From assembly GCF_004010195.1 (NCBI RefSeq), contig NC_057751.1, positions 4,080,961 through 4,144,960 of the forward strand: a DNA stretch of 64,000 nt, written 5' to 3'. The translations under genes were made by a program, and so were the position numbers. The notes under the pieces were generated by a model, which did not search any database, was not told the origin of the DNA, and worked only from the letters and a program-made list of their open reading frames with translations. The stretch comes from Chiloscyllium plagiosum. Lineage: Eukaryota. Shown piece after piece: positions 53,207 through 64,000 of this stretch (position 1 is its first letter; each line of letters starts with the position of its first letter).

Positions 53207-53719
53207 CCAATTTGAAGTCCCTTTCCAGGACTTGTTAGCTGTGGAAGAACCCAGCCAAACTTACAAGCAAGATAGTGTGCATTGGTACAGGTCCCCAGCC
53301 TGAAGAAATAGCCAGTGTTAATAACAGGAAAGACCATTTGCAAGATCAAAAACAAACTGTGGATGTGAAGGAGTCTAAACCAGCATTTTGACAAGCTCAT
53401 CTAAGGTAAATGCCAAAACAGGATAGAAGGCTAGATTCTATCCATTTCTCTGCTTTCCTGCATCACCCCCCCCCATCTCGAGATAAGTGAAGTATTGCAA
53501 ATGAGAGTTCTTAGGAAGTGTAAATGTGTCAAGGACAGGCACATTTACCAATATGAAGCATTTCAAGATTGATCGATCAGGACTCGAATCTGTCACAATG
53601 GCTGCATTGATTGTGGTCTGAACTCCAGACTCCTGCTGAACCCCCAAGAACCATTTCTCCATGTCTTGCAGCCAATAAAGCACATTTGAACTGTTGTAAT
53701 ATTGGAAGGTGCAGACAGA

Positions 53720-55450
53720 AGGTGTAAAAACCAAGAAGAAGAGCAAAGAGGAAGCATGAAAAGGGATGGCCAGCCAACATAAAAGGAAATTCCCAAGTTT
53801 TGTATCAGCATATGAAAAGTAAAAAGTGTGAAAATGGCAAGTTAGGTCTAATAGGGACTTCCAAGAGGATTAATGTGTGGAGACAAGGGGCAGAGCTGAG
53901 GCACCAAATGAATATTTTGCATCTGTCCACACCAAGGAAGAGGATGCTAATGAGGCCAGGATGAAAGGAGAGGTAATTCATTCAGGACAGGAGTTCAAAA
54001 TTGATAATGAGAAGGTATTTGATCAGCTGTTTGTACCACACACTGAAACGGCTGTGGTGCAGATGAGATGTGTTCACTGATACCAAGGGGAGGGAGGGTG
54101 GTCAGAAATTTTCATGCATTCTTTAACTGAAGGATGGCGTCAGAGGATTGAGATTGTCAAAAGTCACACCTTCAGCTGAAACAGGGTTACAAGAGAAAAC
54201 CAGCAATGAGTGATGAGTCAGTTTGACTGCTCTTTCTGATATGTATTGCTGATGTCGACCTGGGTGAACAAGGTACAATTTCCAAATTTACAGATGATCC
54301 AAAACCAGGCAGTGTTGTGAACTGTGAGGTAGGTGGTGTAGAATTTCAAAAGGAGAGGGACGAGTGGATGGAGTGACCATACAGGTTACAGACGAAGCTC
54401 AACCCGGAGAAACGTGAGGTATTCCTTTTGTTGGAAAAACACACCAAGACAGTCTAAAATGAAGGTGATTATTTGGAAACAATGTGCAGCAGCAGAGACT
54501 AGGGTGTATATACATAAGTCATCAGCAGGTGCCAGCACAGCATATCATTGGATTTATTAACAGGAATCTGGAGGAGAAAGTCCACAGTGTGGCATTCTTC
54601 CTCCAGGGGGTAAGGGTTTGGCAATGAAGGAGGCCCAAGACCAGCATGTCCTTGGGGGAGTGGGAGTGGGGAGTTGAAGTGTTTGTCCACGGGGCAATGG
54701 GTTGCTTCATGCATCCCGGAGATGTTCTCTGAAGCGTTCTGCAAATAGGTGTCCTGTCTCCATAATTTAGAGGAAATCGTAATGGGGCAACATATACAGT
54801 AAAAGACACGTGTGGAAGTGCAGGTAAATCTCTGATGGGTGTGGAAGGACCCTTCAGGGGCTTGGATGTGTGGGCTCAGGTTTTGCAATTTCTGCCGTGG
54901 CAGGGGAAGGTGCCAGGGTGGGGATAGGGTTTGGTGAGGGTCATGGACCTGACGAGACTACAGAGAGAATGGTCTTTATGGAATGGAGATAGGAGTGGGG
55001 AGGGAAATGTGTCGCGGAGAGAAAGGTGATTGGGAAGAGCAAAGGATTCCACCACTCGGCCTCTTCATCCTGTTGCAGAAATGTTTCCAAAGATGAGGAA
55101 CTTCAATTATGAAGATTGATGGAATAATTTTGGGGCTTGTTCTCTTGAAGATGAAAAGGCTAAGAAAATATCTGAAATATTCAAAATGAGGAGGGACCTG
55201 AACAGAGACTTGACAATCAAAGCGAAATTAATATGAGGAAAAACGTTTGTCCAGCAATGACTGGGTTGGGAAATACCCTGCCTGAGACTGGAGTGAAGGC
55301 AGGTTCCACTGAAGCTTGGAGAACTGGAGTGTGTGACCTGAAAAGGAATAATGTGCAGCAGAATGGCACTCAGTGAATCGCTCATTGGGAGAGCCGGTGC
55401 AGACACGACGGGCCGAATGGTCTCCTTCCAAGTTGTAATCGTTCTGAGAT
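53720..55450 (+). mobile_element. Old, highly degraded CR1-type LINE interrupted by a Penelope fragment
   Basis: aatgaatattttgcatctgtc, atttccaaatttacagatgat (SKFTDD) and a tail at about 55400-55450. Confidence 0.55.
54587..55012 (-). mobile_element. Penelope-like element fragment, GIY-YIG endonuclease region
   Basis: SFHTHQRFTCTSTRVFYCICCP, a frameshifted ETGHLFAERFREHL-like segment and CPVDKHFNSP resemble the PLE CCHH/GIY-YIG domain. Confidence 0.75.
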
Positions 55451-56438
55451 TGCAGCCAATGAACACAGAGCAAGACCCCACAACGTCAATAAAGTAAATG
55501 AGCAGAGAGCTTTTCTTCCCTCATCTTGGTCAAGCGATCAATCTTTGCCCAGAACCGCTTAAACACTTGGGGTCAGGAGCCGTCTCTTTCAGAATGAGAT
55601 TTACCATCCACCGGACAGCAAGTGCTGTAGGTTTCGATGACGGCAGTTCAGTGCATCTGTCCTGCACTGTCTTACATAACACAAAACATGGTGAAAATGG
55701 CCATGTGAATCTTGTTTTATTAACCAGACAGGAGCTTGTTCAGTCGTCAATGTACCAATGATGTCAGATCTCATGTTGCTTGAAAGATATGGAGGGTTTG
55801 ACTTGATCTTTCGGCAGTAATTAAGAGAGATGTGAGGGGATGCAACTCTGACCTTCCGTGTTTCATGAAGCGCTGTGTTGCCTGGCTGAAGGTTACCGCG
55901 CTATTTATAGAGCTGGCGATGAAGCAACTTGACACTCCTTTATTCCAAGTTCAAAGCAAAACGACAATGATACAAATCAATCTAACAAACTCCGAGACAG
56001 TACATGAAACCAGCTGCTCATAGAGAGAGAGAGAGGATTTTTGTTGACTAGGACCTGTTTCTGAAATGTTTGGTGATTTTCCTTTTGTCTCACATGTCAA
56101 AGGCAGAGTCTGGGTTTTGGGAAACAGCCATGCAAAGAGGGTCGTGGCTGATTCCAGTTGCTTTTCGTCAGTAGCTTTCCTGGCTCTGCTAGATCCTTCC
56201 CCTTTGTGAAGGAGAGAGAAGTCGGTGTATTTTCCACATCGGTCAGTGTTTCATTAATGTGGTGTGCAAATGTCAACTTCCGTGCAGCACAAAACACACA
56301 CAGCGTCAGTCTCGTTGCACCGTGCGTCAGAACATGTTGGTGTGCCTTAGTGATGCAATTTGTGCATTTGTTTTGTCCCCGAATTGTTAAAGAAAATACG
56401 CAGAGATAAAGTTATATCCAGGCGCGTTATTATCAACG

Positions 56439-56458
56439 GCGACACTAGATGGCGCAGC
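56439..56458 (+). promoter_or_regulatory. Candidate CTCF site
   Basis: gcgacactagatggcgcagc closely matches the CCACYAGRKGGCRC core and sits in a local CpG-rich patch. Confidence 0.5.
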
Positions 56459-56544
56459 GACTGTCCGCTGGCATGGGTCTGCTGCCCGCACTTTGCCAAT
56501 TGGAGAGGCTCTTAGTTGCCTGATTGGATGATTGGTAAGATCAA

Positions 56545-57030
56545 AGGAGTAGGCCATTCGGCCTCTTCATCCTGTTTCACCATTCAATTAGATCACAGCT
56601 GATCATCTCTACCAATGACACTTTTCTGCACTTTCTGCGTATCTCTTGCTGTCCTTAGTCTTCCAAAATCTCCAGTGCTCAGAGATCAATATCTAAGCTT
56701 CCACATTCCTCTGAGGTAGAGAAATCCACAAGATCACCACCCTCTGGGTGAAGTAATTCCTTCGCAACTCAGTCTGAAGTGGCCTACCCCTTATCCTAGA
56801 AATAATGTCTCCCCAACCCACCCCCCCCATGCACGAGTCAGGGGAAGATCTACATCCACTCTGTTGCAACTGTAAGATGTGTGTGTGTTTCAATGAGTTT
56901 ACCTCTACTTCTTGATGACATTAGAGATGACCAGCATAATCTCCTCCATGTCACATCATCAGAAATTCCTGCCATCCCAGTGTTGAGTTTGGTGAACCTC
57001 TGCTGCAATCCCTCCATGCCAAATATCTCC
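56545..57030 (-). mobile_element. Old CR1-type LINE 3' fragment
   Basis: ELRRNYFTQRVVILWISLPQRNVEA and the tail motif ggagtaggccattcggcc. Confidence 0.65.
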
Positions 57031-57074
57031 TACCCTTGATATGGAACCTGTCCATTGATTATTGTCAGCTTTTC

Positions 57075-57800
57075 TCCACTTTGGAACAACTCGAACATCA
57101 TACACTTCATGGTGGAGTTGTGGGTAGTGTAGCCGAACCAAGAGACCGAGGGGTGCAGGTGCATAGATCTTTGCAATTGAAGTCCCAGGTAGACAGGGTG
57201 GTGAACAAAGTATTTGGCATGCTTGTCTTCATTGGTTACTCCATTGAGTATCAGAGGTGCGATGTCATGTTGTGGCTGGACAGGGCATTGGTTAGGCCAA
57301 TTTTGGAAAACTGTGCACACTTCCAGTCTGTATCCTACATACAAGATGTTGTTCAACTTGAAAGGATTTATAAAAGATTTTGAAGGCTGTTAAAGGAACT
57401 CGAGGTTTTGAGTTATAGGGAGAGGCTGAATAGGCTGGAGTTATTGTCCGTGGAGCATCGGGGGCTGAGGGCTGATGTTATATAAGTTCACATAATCACG
57501 AGCGTGAATAGCCAAGGTCTTTTTCTCAAGTTGGGGAAGTCCACATCTAGAGGGCGTGGGTGAGTGGGGAAAGCTTTAAAAAGGATGTGAGGATGAGCCT
57601 CCTTCACATAGATGGTTGTGCAAGCATGGACAGAGCTACCAGAGATGGCGGTGGAGGCAGGTACAATTACAACATTGAAAAGATATTTGGACAGGTACGT
57701 GAATTGGAAAAGTTTAGAAGGGATATGGGCCAAATACTGACAAATGGGACTGGATCAGTGTAGGATAGCATGTGATGATCATGGACGATTTGAACTGAAG
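57075..57800 (+). mobile_element. CR1-type LINE 3' fragment
   Basis: GVQVHRSLQLKSQVDRVV...ALVRPILENC...LERIYKRF. Confidence 0.8.
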
Positions 57801-59191
57801 AGTCATTGAGTTATACAGCATGGAAACAAACCCTATCAGTGGAGTAAAGATATTTGAAAATGAAGCACCTATTATTTTTCTCAGATTTGTTGGCATAATT
57901 GAGAGGTGTATCTTCATTACCTGGAGATGTAATGACAATTCTGAACCATGGCCAATCCTAGTTGTGAGGTTTCAGATTCACGACATAATGCCTTCAGTTG
58001 TATTTCCTACCTGCTATGCAATGAATTATGAAGGAATAGGAGTCCTAGCACAGACCCAGGGCATGTGAACCTGTGAAAGGAGGCACAGAGATTGACAACA
58101 CAGCTCTTCCCACACCACCATGAGAGGCCAAATGGCTTCTGTGGCATTGCATCATTCCATGATTCAAATACAGAAAACTAGTGATTGGAGTCACGTGGAT
58201 TGCCCCACTAGGTGTGTAGGTTTGCGTGGTCCTCACATGATTCCTGTGAGCTTCGTAAGCTGAGCTAGTTAGAACACAGTGTGTGGGAGAATATGTGTGC
58301 AGAATATATCGGTGACATATTCTTTTCACAAAGCTGATCTATACGAAGTCATCTTAGGTCCATTTGAGGGATCTTCTCAATTCTGTGATTATTAAACATT
58401 GTTTTAGCTGAAAAGTTTTTTTTTAATTATTCATGGCACCTTGCAGTAACAGAAACTTTCTACAGCATCTTTTACAATTTCAGGACATCCCAAAGCACTT
58501 CACAGTCAGTGCAATACACTTTTAAGTGCAGTGACTTTTTTTTAACATTTCAAAAAATACTTTATTCATAAGAGTTTTTATGCATACAAATTCACTAAAA
58601 CAGTTTTGTACAGAAACATATGAAGAAAAGAAACAAACATTTGAGTTTGACTCTATCCAAAAAACCAACCAAAAATACCTCTTAGTTGTGCAAGAGTTAG
58701 TGCAGTTACTATTGTAACGTAGAAAACACAGCATTCCACATCCACACATCACAAGCAGCAATGTGACAATGGCCAAGTAATCTGTTATGATGGTGTTAAT
58801 TGGGGCATGAAGGTTGACCAGGACACCAGGGAGATCCACGAGGGCAACTTGAGTTCCCGATTTAACATCTTGCAGGCACTCCGTTTCAAACAATGGGGCA
58901 GTGCCTCGCGAGTGTACTCTAGTGGAATTCAAGCTGAACTACACACTTAGGTCTCCAGTGTGAAACTTACATGCACAGCTTTCCAACTCTGAAGCAAACA
59001 CTTTCCTACTGACTGACAGCTGACACTGGGAATTTTGAAATTGTGTGTGGTTTGCAACCAAATATTTCTCTCCTGTGAACTGAAAGAAAAGAGTCAGGTT
59101 TATTTTTATCGTCAGGTCATGTTGCGATATTGGCATTATCCTTCTCATTCGGTATGTCCGAGACATTTTACCCTTTTTTATATTTCAAAAG

Positions 59192-59342
59192 GTGTACTTT
59201 CCAAACACGTACAAGAGTTGCATGCAAGCTGTGTTAGAATACCTGTACACAGGACAGTTCTGTTCTAGCCCGGACCTGGATTCCATGGAACTCATTGTGC
59301 TGGCAAACCGCCTCTGCCTACCTCACCTGGTAGCACTAACAG
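59192..59342 (+). CDS. RHOBTB2: RhoBTB2 coding exon 6 (BTB2)
   Basis: [50 protein letters not shown]. aag| acceptor, |gtaaga donor, 151 nt. Confidence 0.96.
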
Positions 59343-59725
59343 GTAAGAAATTGGATCTCATTAAGGTTCAACAGTCTATCCAAGGTTCATGGTGTTGAGA
59401 TCCCCATCTTTGGTGGGAAATGAGTTTGCTTTTGAAAATGCTTCAGTTTTAAGTTTTAAAAATGTTGTTCCCACAAGTGCTTCTCTCTCGTATCTCCCAA
59501 GTGGGACCTTGTCAAAATCTTTCTTATGTGCACACAGGTGTAAAGTAACTGTTCAGATTCTTCACCACTTCCACATCCTCCATTACCAATTCCCTTGTCC
59601 CTGCCTGAAGTTCTTTCAGCTTTCTTCCACATTCAGTGCATAAAATAAATCCAGATTTTGTATTTCATCTTCAAGATCTGATAACTGAGAAATGAAATGA
59701 ATGGATTGGTTTTGCTTTGTTGTAG

Positions 59726-59814
59726 AGCAGTACACAGTAATGGGCCTGATTGAAGCAACCCACCAAGGTGTAGACATCGATGGAGATGTTCTTCTGTACC
59801 TGGAAATGGCTCAG
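59726..59814 (+). CDS. RHOBTB2: RhoBTB2 coding exon 7; the gene continues beyond the window
   Basis: (E)[29 protein letters not shown]. tag| acceptor, |gtaaga donor, 89 nt. Not in the ORF track. Confidence 0.95.
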
Positions 59815-60332
59815 GTAAGAGTGTGTCTTGAAGGATCACGTCAACTGGTTTGTAATCCCAGCTAAATTAGATGGTCAAATCCATTTGCTGCTCAAAACGT
59901 AACTGTACAAGTTGGCCACAAACACAGAAACCATGCTCGTCGGTAGGCACAGTAATGGGAATGGAGACCGCTTTGCACAAAGGAAGAGATTGAACAGGGA
60001 TGACAAGAAAAAGAGAAAAATTCCATTTCAAGAGTTGCTTTTAAAATTTATTTTTGGGGTGTTGGCACCTCTGGCAAGGTGTGAACTTGTTTGCAATCCC
60101 TTGTTGCTCTTGAGAAGTAAATGCAGACCATATGTGATCTGCTTTTGTAAACTTGCTTCCAGGATATTGTCTCAGCTACCAAAAAGAAATGGAGCTGGAC
60201 GTCCAAGTCACGGTGTTGCATGACTTGAAGGGGAAAGAGGCCACATATTTTGGAGGTGCTGTCAAAGAGGGTAGAACAAACTACTGGCACTCCTGTTGTG
60301 GATGCTTAACTCCTGATTGAGTTCATCATCCA

Positions 60333-60442
60333 GGGCGGCACAGTGGCACAGTGGTTAGCACTGCTGCCTCACAGCGCCAGAGACCCGGGTTCAATTCCCG
60401 CCTCAGGGCCTGTTTCCACACTGTAAGTAATCTAATCTAATC
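60333..60442 (+). mobile_element. Internally deleted HE1-like SINE (head joined to tail)
   Basis: Intact tRNA-like head fused at agg (60405-60407) to gcctgtttccacactgtaagtaatctaatctaatc. The V-domain is absent. Confidence 0.85.
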
Positions 60443-60615
60443 GAGTGGGTTGTTTTGTCCTGATTGACGTTGAGCTACTGCACTGTTGTTGCAGCTGCAC
60501 CCATCCAGGTAAATGGAAAGTATTCAATTAGACTTCTGACTTGTGCTTCACAGGTAGTGATGAGGAGGTAGGGAGTCAGGAAGTGAACTACTTGCTGCAG
60601 AAGACACCCAACGTC

Positions 60616-61720
60616 TCAGCCTCCACTGCACTCTGTGGCAATGGATTCCACAGGCCCACCACTCTGGCTGAAGAAATGTCTCCTCATTTCCATTCTAAAT
60701 TGAGTCCCTCTAATTTTAAGGCTGTGCCCACGGGTCCTAGTCTCCCTGCCTACTGTAAACAATTTCTCAGCATCCATCCTTTGTAAGCCATGCATTATCT
60801 TGTAAGTTTCTGTTTGATCTCCCCTCATCCTTCTAAAGTCTAATGAATACAATCCCAGGATCCTCAGCTGATCATCATATGATAGGCCAACTATTCCAGG
60901 GATCATCGATGTGAATCTCTGCTGGACACGCTGCAGTGCCAATGTGTCCTTCCTGAGGTGTGAGGCCCAAAACTGGAAGACAATATTCTAAATGGGGCCT
61001 AATTAAAGCTTTATAAAGTCTCAGAAGCACATCACAGCTTTTACATTCCATCCCTCTTGAGATAAATGACAACATTAAATTGGCTTTCTTAATCACAGAC
61101 TCAACCTCGAAATCAACCTTGAGAGAATCCTGAACTAGCACTCCCAGATCCCTTTGTACTTCGGCTTTATGAATTTTTTTAGATTAGATTAGATTACTTA
61201 CAGTGTGGAAACAGGCCCTTCGGCCCAACAAGTCCACACCCACCCACCGAAGCACACCCACCGAGATCCATTCCCCTACGTTTACCCCTTCACCTAACAC
61301 TACGGGCAATTTAGCGTGGCCAATTCACCCTAACCTGCATGTTTTTGGATTGTGGGAGGAAACCCACGCAGACATGGGGAGAATGTGCAAACTCCACACA
61401 GTCTGAGGCGGGAATTGAACCCGGGTCTCTGGTGCTGTGAGGCAGCAGTGCTAACCACTGCGCCACCCGTTTTCTCACCGTTTTAAAAAAAATAGTCCAT
61501 GCCTGTATTCTTTTTTTACAAAGTGCAAGACCTTGTACTTGCTCACATTGAATTTCATCAGCCATTTCCTGGACCACTCTCCTAAACTGTCTGAAGCTTT
61601 CTGCAACCTCCCCACCTCCTCAGCACTACCTGCCTGTCCACCTCACTTTTGTATCATTGGCAAACTTAGCCAGAATGCCCCCAGTCCCTTCATCCAGATC
61701 ATTAATATATAAAGTGAACT
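60616..61720 (-). mobile_element. CR1-type LINE fragment interrupted by a SINE
   Basis: LYINDLDEGTGGILAKFANDTK, LYKALIRPHLEYC, LQRVQQRFTSMIPG...TRTRGHSLKI. Confidence 0.9.
61179..61468 (-). mobile_element. HE1-like V-SINE nested in a CR1
   Basis: Head, shortened V-domain, tail and (taatc)n end. It splits the CR1 sequence gaatttt|...|ttttctcaccg. Confidence 0.85.
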
Positions 61721-62257
61721 TAAATGAGGAGCTTATGTTCCTATTTCCAACAGTAAAGGAATTAAGAATTATAGTGAGAGGACGAGTAAGTGGAGCTGAG
61801 GCCACGGAAAGATCAGCCACGGTGTTATTGAATGGCGGGGCAGGCAGGTTTGGCCGGATGGCCGACTTCTGCTCCTCATCCTTCTGTTCTTATGACCTTA
61901 CAGCAGGGGCCAGGGAGAGAGGCTTTCTGCCTTCAATTCTTTATCAATGAGTGATCGCTGAGAGGAATGCACTTTGTGCAATTTGAAATAGTTCTGGTAT
62001 TCAGCGTGGAATAAAACAATGAAGGACATGCCTGGAGCTGAAATCCAACTTGCCAAGATCCTTGTGTCATTTATTCAAAGCCATTAATGTCCAAATGTCT
62101 TTAGAATGTATCAGAACCTAACAGGAAGACAGCTCAAAAACTCTGTTTAGACAGTTTACAAATGATAAGATGAAACACAAAAGCTGAAAGCAAGGATTTG
62201 GACCATTGTGTGTTGAAACAAATTGAAGTGATCAGTGCTGCATTAGATTGAGGACAA

Positions 62258-62493
62258 ATTAGGTTAGATTAGATTAGATTCCCTACAGCGTGGAAAGAGG
62301 CCCTTCGGCCCAACCAGTCCACACCGACCCTCTGAAGAGTAACCAACCCAGACCCATTTCCCTCTGACCAATGCACCTAGCACTATGGGCAACTTAGCAA
62401 GGCCAATTCATCTGACCTGCACATCTTTGGACTGTGGGAGGAAACCGTACGACCCAGAGGAGAGCCACGCAGACACAGGGAGAATGTGCAAAC
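62258..62493 (-). mobile_element. 5'-truncated HE1-like V-SINE
   Basis: (taatc)n tail and V-domain present, head missing. Confidence 0.8.
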
Positions 62494-64000
62494 CGAATAG
62501 ATTAAGACATTCAGCCCATTAAGTCTGCTCCACTATTCAATTCGATGATTGCAGATCTGATCATCCGCAGCTCCACTTCGCTGCCTTTACCCCCATGACC
62601 CTTACAGATTAACAATCTGTCTATCTCAACAAGAAAAATTATAGCTCATTAACAGTGAGGTCATCGTCAACAATGATACTGTGAGTGTTAAGTATCCAAG
62701 TGTTACTTTTAGGTTAGGGAGGCCATCCCGGTTACTTTTCCCTCTTCTTCTCTTCCCATCATGTTAAGTAGCTGGTGAGATGTGAACCTGGACACAGATT
62801 ATTTACTTGATGGAAAGTTTATTCCCACAGACCTCTGCTCCCTGGCTAGCAACCCACTCACTGTCGGACAGTGCTTTTTGATAGGACTTTCAGTGAACAT
62901 TCACAAATGAATATCAAATTCTTTTCAAGGGGTGTTTTCAGATTATTGTAACAAAAGCACAGTTGTTAAAAGGAAGGTTAACAAATTTAAAAGCATTATG
63001 GAGGAGATAATACACTCAAGTCTATTTCTCCCTCCGAAACTCTTTAATATTTACATTAATTCATGAATTGTATAGTAATTTAAAGGGACCACTTTTTTTT
63101 CTCATTTGAGGAACAAAATAAGCAATAAACCAAATTACGAACTCCTTAAAGGGTACTGTCAGGTTATTAAAATGAAACGGAAATGACAGAGGAGGCAATC
63201 CCTCTTTATAAATCATCAGACGTAATAAATAGATTAATTCATGCTCAAGGGCAGGACTCAGACAAACCTCGATAGAAATGTATCAACTTTAATTAACATG
63301 TCATTTGAAAGCATGTAGCTGCTTTTCAGGCCCTGACATGCCAATCGGTCATAGATGCCCTCAAGGGTACCAGGTATTTCTCCTCCAGGGAGCCATGGAT
63401 AACTGGCAGCAGTCGACACACTCAAGCCCCCTCCCCCTCAACCACACTCAGCCTCAACTCCATGGGCCAATGTCTGGAACAAACAACTACCACCTTTAGC
63501 AAGGTTCAGAAGCAGACTAACAAGGACCGACTCCGTCCACCTTCTCACTGGTTGGCCAAAGATCAGGAAGAAGGGGCTGGAATCCAACTATACATTGAAG
63601 AGCAGCCCCTTCCAATAGTGAAGATGGGTCTGTAATATTGCACAACCAACATTAAATGAAGAATTTGGCCTCCTTGGGCCCCAGAGATAACTAACAGTTT
63701 AGACTCCATTAACTCCTTGTTCACTGAATGTGCGAGACTGCTGTGTGTAACTTGCTCCCTGCCAAATACATGATGGAGAAAGGGAGGTCACCCTGTTAGT
63801 GCGTATCCCACTGGGGGCCTGTACTTCCTCTGGCAGGTCGGAAGGCCATGCAGTGCCTGAACAGGGACAAGTGTGACAAAGTGAACGCTGTGGAGCAGGA
63901 AAGCCCTATGTGCAGAAAGGAATGGTGCAACAGATATTGCTAACAGACAGCTTAAGATGTGAGACTGAGATTACTGAGAGTGGTTATACAGCCCAGGCCC

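Noticed and set aside
52416..53400. Long ORFs of 179-295 aa
   Set aside because: Artefacts of translating through the 500-N gap.

Overview
Eukaryotic, repeat-rich vertebrate DNA. It is most likely from a cartilaginous fish (shark): the many tRNA-derived V-SINEs resemble the elasmobranch HE1 family and share their 3' tails with CR1-type LINEs. The only host gene is a + strand RHOBTB2 orthologue (atypical Rho GTPase plus BTB domains). It has a CpG/CCAAT promoter near 15.8 kb, a probable non-coding first exon ending at 16412, and seven coding exons from 31096 to 59814 with canonical GT-AG junctions and consistent phases. The final exons lie beyond the window. The rest is intronic or intergenic repeat: HE1-like V-SINEs, CR1 and other LINE fragments, a Tx1-like fragment, DeuSINE-like relics, a Penelope GIY-YIG fragment and a 500-N gap. 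The most notable signal is a set of short fold-back insertions, several bounded by 12-16 bp target-site duplications, whose arms carry minimal hammerhead-ribozyme cores (CUGANGA...GAAA) of the Penelope-like-element type. One of them (43882-44304) holds between its arms an exact 197-bp inverted copy of genomic DNA lying about 170 bp downstream of the insertion. All alignments and folds were done by eye.
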